Of a stretch of DNA of 64,000 nt, positions 23,930 through 37,233 are shown piece by piece (position 1 is the stretch's first letter; each line of letters begins with the position of its first letter). A model generated the notes under the pieces. The model was not told the DNA's origin, made no database searches, and worked only from the letters and a program-made list of their open reading frames with translations. Position numbers and translations under genes: made by a program. Where the stretch lies: positions 23,560,001 through 23,624,000 of the forward strand of contig NC_135256.1 in NCBI RefSeq assembly GCF_964204865.1. Reading direction: 5' to 3'. Source of the DNA: Styela clava (Eukaryota).

Positions 23930-25834
23930 CGCCATGTTCTCGGTCGATTGATAGATGTTTTGAAGGTCATTGGTTGTCACGAGCTGTCCCTCCGGGGGCA
24001 CGAACGGGCTGGCTCTTCTAATAGAGGGGTATTTTTGGATATGGTGGAATACACCGCATCCCTAGATACAGTATTGAGAGATCATCTTGATGCCGCAACT
24101 GTTTCGAAAGGGACATCTAAGGATATCCAAAATGATTTGCTCGACTCAATGTATAAAATTTATTTACAACATTTGGCTCTGGAAATTGAGAATTGCCAGT
24201 TCCTTTCGATTCAGTCTGACGAGACAACTGACATCACGTGCGTTTCCCAACTGGCTGTGATTTTTCGGTTTGTGAAAGATGGTAAACCCACCGAGAGATT
24301 TCACAGCTTTGTACCAATCGTTGATCGCACGGCTTGCGGGATATCGGCTGTACCGAAAGAAGTGTTACAGCCCTACAACGCGACGTCAAAATTGATAGCT
24401 CAAACTTATGACGGCGCGGCAGTCATGAGTGGGTCGAAACATGGTGTTCAAGTTTATATAAAAGAAGATTTTCCTCGTGCGCATTTTTTACATTGTTATG
24501 CACACCAATTTAACTTAACCTCGTTATTAAAAATATGTGTCTTGATACCCTCTCGTCCGTATATTTTTTGCAAATGTTTCGGGGTTTTCTTCATTTTTTT
24601 CCGTTTCTCCGAAGCGCTCTGACATCCTTCGCCAGATATGTAGCCGCCGTCTCCCAGCTTGTGCACCAACACGTTGAAACTTCCAATCACGCGTGGTGCA
24701 GGGCGTGTCCGAAATTAGGTCTGAGCTCATTGAGTGTTTCAATGGCATTCAGAGCTCTCCGGTTTGGGACGAACGCTCTGTGAGGGAGGCGGCAGGTCTA
24801 AAGCGTCTGCTAGAAGATGGTGAGTTTTCATTTTTTCTCGCTTTTTTCTCCACAATATTCTATCACGTGGATGTATTATACGGCGCATTGCAGTCAAGGC
24901 TAATGGATGGAGCGTCTGTGCAGTCGTGTATTTCAGACTTCTGCGATGCTGTATCTCGTATCCGAGAAACAATAAAATACGACGACACATGGAGTGCTTC
25001 TTTACGCCGCGGGCAAACAACGCAGCGTTTGATTTTATCTGCAAAGGAATGCTGTCAAATAGGCGATCGTCTGCGCACTGAACACCTTGCCGCGTTCTCT
25101 TTAATGAACCCCAAAAATTTTTCAAAATTTGCACGTCAATTTTCCATCCATTTGTTGGCTACTGTCTCCAAATTTTACCCCATGATAAACGTGGGTAAAT
25201 TGGAAAATGAATTGCGATGTATATACACCAATCAAACTTTTTTGAACATCACATCAACTTGCGCGCTCTATGGGTTCCTCATAGATAACACTCTAGTAAC
25301 TACCTCTGGGCGTCTGCAAACTTTCTGGACATCATTTTGACGACGCCTATTTCTTCCGCCGACGCAGAGCGAACATTCAGCACGCTGAAGCGTATTAAAA
25401 CGTATCTCAGAAACACAATGAAGCAAGATAGATTAAATTCCTTGGCTGTTTTATCCATTCACAGAGATGTTATTTCTGGGATGCATGACTTTAATCAGCG
25501 CGTTATTGAGCATTTTAGGTTTTGTCTGCTTTCCCGAAGTTTCTGTTAATATGTCATTGTATTTATCTGGGTAAATATTGCCTTTCCTTTTGAAAGAGGT
25601 TTCACAATAAACTATGTCTATATTTATTAATCCCTTGACTTGGACCGGTTTTAAAGACACTTTCTTATCGTTAAAAATTGTCGCTTTTGCCGATTGGTTG
25701 TTACCGATGGAATGGTTTTTATACTCATAAAATGATGGGAGAACTTACAGCGCTCATCCTGTCCCCGTAGATGGGGGTGACTTGGTCCCGCAGTAGCTTG
25801 CCCCGGTTGTCAAAATGACCACGCGCCGCCACTG
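23930..25834 (+). mobile_element. 5'-truncated hAT transposon with frameshifted transposase (ZMYM1/DUF4371 type)
   Basis: SKDIQNDLL, IQSDETTD, QTYDGAAVMSG, HCYAHQFNL and dimerisation motif AERTFSTLKRIKTYLRNTMKQDRLNSLAVLSIH over ORFs 23948-25549. Right TIR CGCGCCGCCACTG ends at 25834; no left TIR seen. Confidence 0.85.
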
Positions 25835-28280
25835 GTTCGTTGCATATTAAGAAAACGCATTGCTCGTTTCCAAAATCCCTTGCTTCAGCCGAGTCGGGTG
25901 CGAAATTGGCCGTATATGTTTACTTGAGGTCTTTAATTCTTCAATACATATTTGATTTTGGGTTTCGAAGTATGGTACGCTGAAAGCATACAACTATGAG
26001 CATATGCTTATTGGGAATGCATATCTATTAGACAGAAAACGTATCTACAGAACAGAATATGAACCAGTCGCCGAGAGGAGTGCGGTTATTTATGTATTTA
26101 TTAATTGATATAACATGGGATTTACATATTCATCCAAGGGGAGAGGAAAGCCGAAAAGAAGGCCTAAATATATGGCGAACCACGGCCTATCTCAATCATA
26201 GCTCTGTGCTTCATATGAATCACATGGCTCTGCGAGCCATTCGTTTACTCATTAAAAATACTGATTTTAACTATAAATTACTCTGGGATATCTTGCCATT
26301 GAAAACAAAAGCCAGAAATTGGGAGAAAAGCAGGGAATGAAATGTGTGTATTATGTAGTGGAGAACCTGAGTTTGTTTCACATATTTTCATGTATTGTAA
26401 ATTTACAAAAAATGTTTAGGAAGATTTTGTTTTAGATATATTAAAATTGATCAGAATACATTTTGATATCAATATGATTCTTGCATATTATTTAATTTTA
26501 ACGATCCTTTACATAGTCGTATAGATACTGTTGATTTGGATGCAATTATACTTTTGTAATCAATAGTGAGAAATATTTCATGACTGCTATTAACTATGTG
26601 AGCTATTTTTTCTGCAATGCAAAATATTTCCTTCGTCTGCTATTTACTATGTGAATTAATTTTTCTGTAATGTAAAGTATTTCCATAACTGCTTTTACTA
26701 TGTTGGCTGTTTTTTCGGTACTCGTAGTATGTGTACCAGGTTAGGTTACGATTCTCCTTATTTTTGTTCTATTAAAAGTTCGGGAATTGTCTGTGTTACA
26801 CAAGTGAATATCCCCCTACCGATAGAATTTAGTCCATTTACACAACTTGATTCAAAGTAGGCGAACAAAATTAGTTACCTTCATATTGGTACACATACTT
26901 CTGGAGCACCATTTTTTTTGTAATGTAAAATATTTAATATGTGAACTAATGCAATGCGTTTTCTTAATATGCAACGAACCATTTAGCTGGACGACGTAAA
27001 AAATGCAGGGAACAATGCCACAATGAGCAAATCGTTGCAAGTTTCCACTCATTGTATATATGCTCATTGGGTAGCGGTATATTTCGGTTGCGAATAATAC
27101 TGGAATACGTATTGAATAAATGTATTTAGACTCCATAATCAGCATAGAATTAACAGGCAATAAAAATGATTGATAAAAACAAATGAATTAAAACTGATTA
27201 TGAAATCAGGAGAATAAACAAAACCTTAGAAAAGATTTTTATACGTACAGAATATAAGATGGAGGGTTTTGCCAAGAAGACGTGGTACGTGTTCACTCAC
27301 CTATTGTATGGAAATTACGTACTAAAAACCTAATATGACGAAGAATATAAAGTAGCATGAAAAAAGGACACCTGGTGCAACGAGATTTTCGTATTCTGTG
27401 TATGTCGAAACGTTGAATCAGGGCAGACGGGCGAAAACCGACTTGCTTAAAATGTTAAATTTGTGTTAAAATGTAGTCGTGTGGGAACTTTTGCCGCGAT
27501 GTTGTATCGGATCGAACACGTTATGAATGTTCCCCGACTCTTTGATCCCATAGAAATTCTCCTCACATTTTACTATAGCAAAAATTTTGTTTTCTTTTCA
27601 ACAGTGTGTTGAAGAATTGGCGCTTACAAACTGGTTTACATGTTCAAAACCATCATTTTTTAATAAAAACATTCAACCACGTGCCTCTTACAGGTGCTGC
27701 TAGCTAATTTTAGTCAAGTCTATCGCGACATGTTCAATCAATCATCATTTATTCGTCAACACAATCAATATAAATATAACACGGAAATATGGCAAGATAT
27801 AAAGTAAATAAAAAAGACGAACTTTATATGTGTGACAGGAGTCTCGAGGAAGGTCTCCGAGCAGCGACACCTACGATGTTGATTCAGCTTTAAAATAAAT
27901 TTAGTTAACGCCCATGCTTCTAATTATTAATATTTATAAAACATAAAAAAACGAGACACCAAAACAGTTGAATAATATGTGTATATAACAAATTTGAGAA
28001 ACAAGAAAACCACCAAATATCTATTACAAACTTTTTTGAAAGAAAACGTAAGTATGTGAAGGAAAAAAATTCAAAGGAGAAACTAAGTATAAAAAGTAGA
28101 TGAAAATACAATAAATGTACAATTTTCGTATTATATTTTCAGACCGTGTACATAACGGTTCGGGACTAATTTTTAATTATTGCAACTAAACTCCTAGGAA
28201 GACATAATGACAATAGACTTATTTGGAAACCCGACTGAAAACTGATAAATAAAGCGCAAAATCGCGATATTTGTTTAAGC

Positions 28281-30799
28281 CAGGGATGTCCAACCTGCGG
28301 CCCGTGGGCCGCATTGCGGCCCACTTAATGTTTGGATGCGGCCCACTAACGAATCATTAAAAAATTTTTTTTTAGCAAATTTATGAAGTAATGAGCACGA
28401 GAGTCTTCATGTAATTTAGTCAAAATATATTTATTGTAATTTAGTCAAAAAATACTTTATATTTAATAAATAAAATAATTGTAGCGACCAAATTGAAACT
28501 CCCGTATGTATTTTTTCTCGCGCTCTGGTGCGCCGCCACCAGCTACTCGCCATGCCGTTCGCAAGTCTTTGTTCTCGACAGTGTTGTTTTGGCTGTGGCG
28601 GTGTGCAGACTATATCTCTCAAAAGTAAGTGCTTAATCATTTAAATTTTCTTTATTGTTGAAATAAATGCATTTTCAGTAAACTACAGCTCAGTACACCT
28701 ATTAATGGTTAATTTCTTTTTCAGAGAACTATAATCTTAAGTAATGAAAATTTTATATTTATATGGCCATGGAATCTATTACTAAAAAAAGGAAAATAGC
28801 AGAAGAAAAGAGGAAATTTAATATCCAATGGACGGAAAAATATTTTGTGACCGAGTTATTTGGCAATATAACATGTCTTATATGTAATGATAAGATTAGC
28901 GTATGCAAGGAATACAATGTCAGACGTCATTATGTTTCGAAACATGAGTCAGAATATCAGACATTTAATGAAGAAAGAAGAAAAACGAAAATTGAAGAAT
29001 TGACAAAGGCAATTAGCTCACAACAAGCTAATCTTCAAAAACATATTGTTAAAAGTGGAACATGTACAAAAGTTAGTTACCTTATAGCTGAGAAATTAGC
29101 TAAGAAAGGAAAACCTCTTATTGATGGAGAATTAATAAAAGAATGCATTGTTATTGCTTTTAATGAGTACTGTCCAGACAAGGTGAATTTAGTAAAGGAA
29201 GCATGTCTATCACATCAGACAATTGATGACTTGGGTGATAATATTGAAGGCATACTGAAGGACAAATTATCTGCATGCGTTCTTTACAGTTTAGCGTTGG
29301 ATGAAAGTATTGACCAAAGTGATACTGCACAATTAGTTATTTTCATTAGAGGAATTGATGAAAATTTCAATATTATTGAAGAAATGTTGGACTTGTGTCA
29401 CATAAAGGGCACAACAAGAGGCAAGGACATATATGAGATTGTTAATTTGTCATTAGATAAATTCAATATTGATAGGAAAAACATTTATTCAATTACAACT
29501 GATGGTGCTCCTGCCCTGACTGGTCAACACAATGGTTTTATTAGTTTATTTAAAGAATCTGTTGATCATGAGATTCTCAGTTACCATTGCTTGATACATC
29601 AACAACAATTATGTGCTCAAAAGCTAAATATGAAACATTTGATGACTGATCTTGTCAAGGCTGTTAATTTCATCAGATCACGGGGTTTAAATCATCGCGA
29701 ATTTAAAGCATTCTTGGACGAAGTTGGCAGTGAATATGAAGACGTAGTATATTTCTCAAAAGTTAGATGGCTCAGTAAAGCAGCAACCTTAAAAAGATTT
29801 CAGTTATTGTTGCCTGAAATAAAAGTGTTCTTGGAAAAAAAGAAGCAAAATGTGGATTTTTTAGAAAATGAAGAATGGTTGAATGATTTATCTTTCTTTG
29901 TAGACATCACTGTATTAGTATTAGTATTAGCTGAATTAAGTATTAGCTGAACTTAATTTGCATTTACAAGGAAAGGACCAATTATGTTCCTCAATGTTTG
30001 AGCGAATAACTAGTTTCACAAAGAAATTGGAACTTTTTATAGCACAGCTAAAAGCTGGTAAAATTGTACACTTCCGTAGTCTATCTGAAAGAGAAAAAAA
30101 GTTTTCTGTAAACTATGAAAAATATACTAAATTATGTGAGGATTTGCTTGGAGAGTTTACGATTAGATTTTCTGACTTTAGAAAGATTGAAATTGAGTTA
30201 AAATTGTTTAGTGATCCATTTTCATTTGAATATGATAAAGCACCAGTGGAGTACCAACTTGAACTGATTGAGCTGCAAAGTCGGGAAGGTTTAAAAACTT
30301 TTCACAGGGAGAACACACTTCCTTCATTTTATAAGAAATTGCATTCTCTCAAAAATGAATTCAATCAAATTCTAAATTTATCCAGAAAATTATTATGTAT
30401 GTGGGGAAGTACATACTCTTGCGAGCAGTTTTTTTCAAGCATGAAAAACATTAAAACTGCGGAAAGAAACAGGTTGACTGATAGACATTTAGCAAACATT
30501 CTTAGAATTAAGAATGCATCCTTCGATGCAAATATTGAAAACATTATGGCTGGAAGACAAAGTCAAAAGTCTCATTGATTTAATATTGATTAATTAAATT
30601 TAATGTGTTTTTTATGTATAGCTACATATAAACATTACAATATTTACAACGTTGTAATAATGTAAATAAACTGTATTCACGTGGTTTTGTTTTATATTGT
30701 AATTTTTCCATTAAATTGTATTAAGAGGTGGTTTTGCGGCCCAGTTAAATATTTAAGTTTGCAATGCGGCCCATTGAATTAAAAGGTTGGACATCCCTG
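28281..30799 (+). mobile_element. Full-length hAT transposon (Charlie/SPIN/GTF2IRD2-type)
   Basis: TIR CAGGGATGTCCAACCT / AGGTTGGACATCCCTG with perfect 8-bp TSD GTTTAAGC. Confidence 0.93.
28763..30578 (+). pseudogene. hAT transposase split by one frameshift
   Basis: BED-like zinc finger (CLIC...RRHY..KH), SLALDES, TTDGAPAL, HCLIHQ, VRWLS and STYSCEQFFS motifs. The break at ~29915-29957 coincides with a local TATTAG/TTAGCTGAA duplication. Confidence 0.88.
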
Positions 30800-33701
30800 G
30801 TTTAAGCAAAAGAAGTGTCTTCGCGACTGAATAAACTGCATTGGTACGTCGTCGTAAATTTATTGCTGATTGGACGTTGTTACAGAATTGAAGTTTGAAA
30901 CCGATGCTAGGGAAAACATAGGCGCTAGAATAAAACAGAAAGGTGGATTTCGAACGTCAGGCTATATGCCATTTCGATATAAATAAATTAAAGAGTAAAA
31001 AAATATCTATTCTCATTGGCCCATATTTTTATTACTTTCTGAAAGACTTAAAGTCTCAAGCGATACATCGATCTGACACTGTATAATGGCATTTAGTCCT
31101 TCGGTGCAGCTTCATTTTGAAAATGTCAACTTGAAACATGTGACATCATGAGCAATCACATTGTCAAATGTCAACTATGACGGTGGGAATTGCTAAAACT
31201 TACTTAGTATGCATCTCAGCATAGGTATACTCATCGTCAGAGACAACGAAGTGCCCTATAAATATTAACGTGTTCGGTTAACATTACGTGTTAGATTAAC
31301 ATTCTCCGTTTAGGCCCGAAGTTAAAACTTTCCCTACCTGACATATAGTGAAAATATTGTTGTTGCAATGAGCGTGAGCAAAATTCTCATGAGACACTTT
31401 GTTATTTGAACGATGCTCCCCTAAGTTATATATACGCTTTGGGCAGACCAGGCCCAGTCTAGGAGTATAAGCGGTTGAGGGTATGGTGGGAACAATTAAC
31501 TTTAACAAATATCTTTTTTAATGCTTTATTTGGCTTTAGTAACCTCAGCATTTCATGTGAACTTGAGTTTGGAAACAATTAACAGCTCCAGGTGTTTGGG
31601 TTCTTAAAATACAAACATTTGAGCCATTTATTATTTATAAAGAATTTCAATTTTAGGCAAGCCATTAGTCAACTATAAATGACATTTTACTCATAGAATC
31701 CCTCCGTATATAGTGGGATAGCATACCACTTCAAGATATATTGCGGCAATAAAAAACGGTGGCAGAAATTCAAGCAAATTTATTTGGCAGTGCTGTTTTT
31801 TTTTTCAATTGGAGAGTATGCCGCAACACGCAACAGAGTTTGCCAGTGTATAAGAAGAGCAGAGAACATGGTTGAAATTTGCCAATGCTAGTTTTATGTT
31901 ACTGCCCTGATCAGTGACATATAAAATATTTTTCTGTTAAATACAGGAATGAAACTAGCTCTACAGTAAAACGAGATGGCAAAGTATCCTTGACCTCAAG
32001 CTTCCCAATTTGCACACCAAAAAAACCATCACCGAATTGTTCTCATAAGAGGCTGAACTCTAAAAAGGAGAAGTGGATATAATTCCTTTCGATGGAAGGT
32101 GGGGTGGTTGAAGTCAGTAAAACGCTGAACCGTAAAAGGAAGAAGTGGGTGAAATTTCTTCTGACGGCAGCTGGGTTGATTGAAGTCACTAAAAGGTTGG
32201 AAAGTAAGGAGTGAATAAATTTTTTTAAACGAATGGTAGGGTGGTTAAAGTTTCTAAAAGGCCGTTCAACCATCTCACTATTTTCGGGGAAAAGTTTCAT
32301 TCAATTCTTACTTTTAGTTTTCAGCGGTTTAGCGATACAGTACTCATTTATATTGGCCAAAACTAAATAGTGTGGGTATGCAATCTATCCGGTAGTATAC
32401 CGGTACCGCAGTCTTCACGTATTCACCCGAGGTGGGTAATATTTAATTTGATGACGTCATCGCACGCAAAAACGAAACCAATGAATCCCACAGAATTTCT
32501 TGTGATAAATAAAAGTATTAGAAATCATTTAAAGTTTTTCGGAAATTGGTCCGGTAGTTGACGAGAAAGTCGAATTTTTCACGATAAGAAGAAGGAAAGA
32601 ATGACTAATAAGAACAATAGCACAGTAACAAAAAAGTTCCTGTCCAATAAATGAAATACACAGCGTTGTGATCAAGGAATACTGACTTGGAATTTCTATC
32701 CGGTTAGGAAGCATCCGAAGTTATTGATTTGCCGACAATATGAGACGAAAAGTCTCTGACCTCCTTTTTCAGTTCCACGTATACTAATTACCCATATGAA
32801 TATTAATCAGTTGGTCTGTTTGAATTCTATGAGCTTTAGAATGAGTCATTTAAATTTTTGCAAGTACAATTGCCGGAGGGTGGTTTACAAAATCACATGC
32901 CGGTTAAGGCTTTCTCCGCCATCAAATCTGAAAACAAAAAAAAACAGCTAACTAAATCCATACCTGACATGGACTGGTAACTTGACGTCCGTGATTGGCC
33001 ATAAGATTGAGCTTTATTATTGCTTTTTTTCTCCCCGTGGGTAAATATGTAAATTCTGATTGCATAAAAAAAAAATATATTATACACAATTTTCCTGGGT
33101 AAGAGGCTATCCATGTCTCGAATGTGGCTTGTAGACTGATTTAGGCTTTTATACATAATAAGTATTACATTGTACTTGACCCAAAAAATTGTCTGATTAA
33201 AGTTTATTCTATGCAGCGAGATAATTCTCATGATAAATCTTATAATCATTTTATGTTCTTCTTGGCATCATTTCCACTTTTTCTTGGCAAAACCTCCTAT
33301 CTTATATACATTCTGTACGCTTTAAACCTTATCCAAGGTTTTGTTTGCTCTCCTGATTTCATAATCAGTTTTTATTTTTACCAATCATTTTATTGTTATG
33401 CTAATTATGGAGTCAAAATAAACTTATACTTATGAATATTGACTCGGAACACCCTTAATTAGTGATGCGTATACATATTTCCTGTTTGTGGAAAATTATG
33501 CGTGCCTCGCCCAATTTGTCTTACTTCTTGCTGCACTGAGTCCGCGTTTGGTCGCCTGTATTTTTAGCCAAAAGAATAGAGCATATAAGTTGATTTTCAG
33601 TTCGCGTTGACTGACCAGAGTCCGCGAACATATTTTGATAAGTTTTTATACACCGATATCTGTGCATTACCGCAGCTAACGTTACAGAACAAGGTGATAT
33701 C

Positions 33702-34799
33702 ATGGCGGAGGTTCATAGCTTTGGAAGCCAGCCGGTTTGCGTCCATGCATGGAATTCTGATCGCACTCAAATTGCTCTCAGTCCTAATAACAATGAAGTG
33801 GAAATATACGAAAAATGTGGTCGTCAGTGGAAGAAGATTCACACTCTGACTGAGCACACTGGTCGGGTTACTGGGATTGACTGGGCACCTAAAAGTCAAC
33901 GACTGGTAACATGCTCCAGTGATAGAAATGCTTACGTTTGGAGCTTGGATCAGAATCAATGGAAGCCTACACTTGTGATTCTCCGTATTAATCGTGCTGC
34001 TACATGTGTGAAATGGTCTCCTAATGAGGATAAATTTGCAGTAGGCAGTGGTGCCAGAGTGATTTCAGTTTGTTATTTCGAGCAAGATAATGATTGGTGG
34101 GTCAGCAAGCACATTAAAAAACCGATCCGATCCACAATTCTCAGTTTAGACTGGCATCCAAACAACATTCTAATTGCTGCAGGTTCATCCGATTTCAAGG
34201 CCAGAGTCTTTTCTGGTTATATAAAGGATATAGAACCAAAACCGTCTGCCACAAATTGGGGAAAGAAAATGACTTTTGGAAATGTGATGCAAGAGTTTTC
34301 GATGCCTTCGGATGGTTGGGTGCAAGGTGTAAAGTTCTCAGAATCTGGAGAAAAAATTGTTTTCGTGTCACAAGATAGTTCAATCGGGGTTGCATATGGT
34401 GGAGAAGAAGCTGTGACAATGAAGACATCGCATCTTCCATTTTGTGATTGTACTTGGCTAACAGAATATAGCATTGTTGCTGTTGGACATGATTGCAATC
34501 CAATGCTTTTCAGCACTGATGACAGATGCTCAGCTATAACATTCATAAATCGCCTGGACCAAGTGTCAAAGAATGCAGGCGCAAAGACCATGTCAGCTAT
34601 GGATAGATTCAAAATGATGGACAAGAAAGCCTCGACAGATACTCAGAGTGATGACATCAGGACGAAACACAAGAACAGCATTACGCAAGTTGTCAAATGT
34701 GGCCAGGGAAAGTTTTCAACCAGCGGTATGGATGGCAGTGTGATTATTTGGGATAATAAATCTCTGGAGTCTTCCATTTCTGGATTACGCATCAAGTAG
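33702..34799 (+). CDS. ARPC1: Actin-related protein 2/3 complex subunit 1 (p41, WD40), single exon, 365 aa
   Basis: HAWNSDRTQIALSPNNNEV, WKPTLVILRINRAAT, CYFEQDNDWWVSKHIKKPIRST and SLESSISGLRIK. Confidence 0.96.
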   Translation: MAEVHSFGSQPVCVHAWNSDRTQIALSPNNNEVEIYEKCGRQWKKIHTLTEHTGRVTGIDWAPKSQRLVTCSSDRNAYVWSLDQNQWKPTLVILRINRAATCVKWSPNEDKFAVGSGARVISVCYFEQDNDWWVSKHIKKPIRSTILSLDWHPNNILIAAGSSDFKARVFSGYIKDIEPKPSATNWGKKMTFGNVMQEFSMPSDGWVQGVKFSESGEKIVFVSQDSSIGVAYGGEEAVTMKTSHLPFCDCTWLTEYSIVAVGHDCNPMLFSTDDRCSAITFINRLDQVSKNAGAKTMSAMDRFKMMDKKASTDTQSDDIRTKHKNSITQVVKCGQGKFSTSGMDGSVIIWDNKSLESSISGLRIK

Positions 34800-35130
34800 A
34801 TGAAATTTATGTGATATCGGACTGCTATGACAATAAAATATATAATCAAGATATTTCTTTTTTAATTTCTAGTAGCCTATAAGAAAAAAACAATCAAGTG
34901 TAGTATTCGGTTAAGAAGACAAAGAGTGCTTTATTGTATGAATGTCACCATTTCCGTCATTTGAAATTTTGTAATTGGCTAATATATGAAAAACTTTCAT
35001 TCGAAATTTGCAGTATCATTATGTGTGAATTTTGAAACTTCGCTTGACAAGAATTTAGTTTTAATTGCAACTACTTTCTACAGTGATCCCAGTTGTGTGA
35101 TTGTATCCCAAAGATTTTTAGTTTAAGTAA

Positions 35131-35472
35131 AATATTTATGATTAAGACAATACCGGATTTAACAAGAAAATGTATGTTCGATAAATGATTAAATGAAATT
35201 CTCCTTAAGTTGTTAGTTTATTAAAGATTATTATTGAAGAAATAATATTTATGATTAAGACAATACCGGCTTTAACAAGAAAATGTATGTTCGATAAATG
35301 ATTAAATGAAATTCTCCTTAAGTTGTTAGTTTATTAAAGATTATTAATTATTGAAGAAATAATATTTATGATTAAGACAATACCGGCTTTAACAAGAAAA
35401 TGTATGTTCGATAAATGATTAAATGAAATTCTCCTTAAGTTGTTAGTTTATTAAAGATTATTATTGAAGAAA
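35131..35472. repeat. Three near-identical ~111-115 bp tandem copies downstream of ARPC1
   Basis: Unit AATATTTATGATTAAGACAATACCGG...TTATTGAAGAAAT starts at ~35131, ~35244 and ~35361. Confidence 0.9.
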
Positions 35473-36468
35473 TTATATACAATCATAGTTCAATATGTTA
35501 TCTATTACTGACAAAAGGAAAAGCCTAGGCTGAATGAGAAATGCTTCTATGTTAAGTTTTCTTAGCTTTCTTTTGGTGAGCAAGATTTTGTGTTTTGCGT
35601 TTCATCTGAATGAGTTATTCATTATGCGAGAATCAACAGTCAAGGGGTCCTACCGTCCTGTTGCTAAACACTTGTTGCCCATTTTTGACTGAACTAAAAA
35701 CTAGAGATGTATCGGTATCGGCCATGTATCGGTATCGGTTAGATTAAGACCGATATTTCCGATATATTTACCTTTTTGATATGGTCCAGAATGTTTTAAA
35801 AGATAAGTTGGAATACTACTTTTTTAGTTATTTTTTGTCTGGAGAGATCGTGAGCTATGAGCCATACATGTCCCCACCCCCACCAGAGAATAGGATTCAC
35901 GTGTTTTTAGCTATTTATCAGCTAAACTAGCTCAACTAATTTGGCTATTTTCGCTGTCAAATATTTACATTGACATATTCAATATTACATAGTAATTATG
36001 AAGAAATATATCAACACAGCACATAACAAAAAGCAACTATGGGCGCCCATTTTTAAACATACAATGAAATGGGGGTCCTTATTAACGGCACATGGACTTT
36101 TGGCACGGGTATAAATTCTGACTGTTTGTTGTCAAGTACGAGTGTCATTTAGTCCGTCGACATCGATAAACTAAATTCCGACACAATTATCCCTCTACGC
36201 AGGTGTTAATTTTAATTTTGTTTAACTTACACAATTTCTTTATAGATATATTGACATGACCGCCTAGTCCTAGACTGTCTCAAAATATATGATAGCAATT
36301 GTAAAATATTATAAAATAGTAAAGTAAAAAAACATCCTCCACGGTTATTGGTAGGCCTTCTTTTTGTTGGTGCTGATTGATATTCTTTTATGTTGGCTTT
36401 GACTTATTGCGTCGACGATAACGATTAGCAGCCACGAAATAAAATATTTGTAAAATGCTTTTAATTTG

Positions 36469-36808
36469 GCTCGGCGGTGTGGCGCATTGTGCTAAGCGTT
36501 AGGAATACGCTCGCCACCGCATCTCTGATTACCCTTCGTGGGGTCGCAGGTTCGAATCCCATGCGGGGATGATCATGTGCGAGAGGAATGCTGGACTCAT
36601 CGCCGTCGTAGGGTGGTTCACGTAACCGCTGATCGGTTACGGCTTCCTCCACCATCAAGTCCATGCTTCCGAAAACAAATAACTGGCTAACTAATCCCAT
36701 ACCCGACCTGAACTGGTGTAACCGGACAAGAGGCCGTGGTTCGCCATGTGATTAAGCCGTCTTATCGGCTTTCCTCTCCCCCGGGATAAATATGTAAATC
36801 CTATCCTA
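36469..36808 (+). mobile_element. tRNA-derived SINE, full length
   Basis: A-box-like TGGCGCATTGTGCTAAGCG, B-box GGTTCGAATCC, ATCCTATCCTA tail, flanked by a TAATTTG duplication. Fragments also at ~5915-6060, ~10835-10865 and ~26110-26190. Confidence 0.82.
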
Positions 36809-37046
36809 TAATTTGAACGTAGGACGGCGGCGCTAGAATGTGTGGGTGATATTCGATATTCTTTTAAACGCGAATAACGATATTCGAAGGTCGCGATATT
36901 AACATTAAATTCAAATTGGACATCCGGCTTATGAGTTTTCTAATTGAACACCGAGATTACTAGCGTTACTGTACAATGTATCTTAATCAGTTAAAGCAAA
37001 CACCAAACATTAATTTCATATTATGTGATATATATATCTTCTTTTC

Positions 37047-37233
37047 GGTTCCATTACATTTGAACTCACGTACATTTGAACCCATGACAATAGCACCTGT
37101 ATGCTATTGCACCTATGGAATTTTTTTTGTTTCACGGATAGTTAAACCCATACTAACCCTAACCCATGGGTTTTAGCACCCGCATATAGATTGAACCCGT
37201 GGATATACGCATGGGTTCAAATGTACGGTCACC
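37047..37233. mobile_element. Merlin/MULE-like MITE, second copy
   Basis: Reverse complement of 4227-4397. 9-bp flanks CTTCTTTTC/CTTTTTTTC differ by one base. Confidence 0.72.

Noticed and set aside
28763-30578. Domesticated GTF2IRD2/ZBED-like host gene
   Set aside because: Intact TIRs, TSD and a frameshift show a transposon copy.
35131-35472. Regularly spaced repeat array
   Set aside because: Simple head-to-tail triplication with no spacers.
36469-36570. tRNA gene
   Set aside because: A/B boxes continue into a ~340-bp repeated body with tail and TSD, so this is a SINE head.
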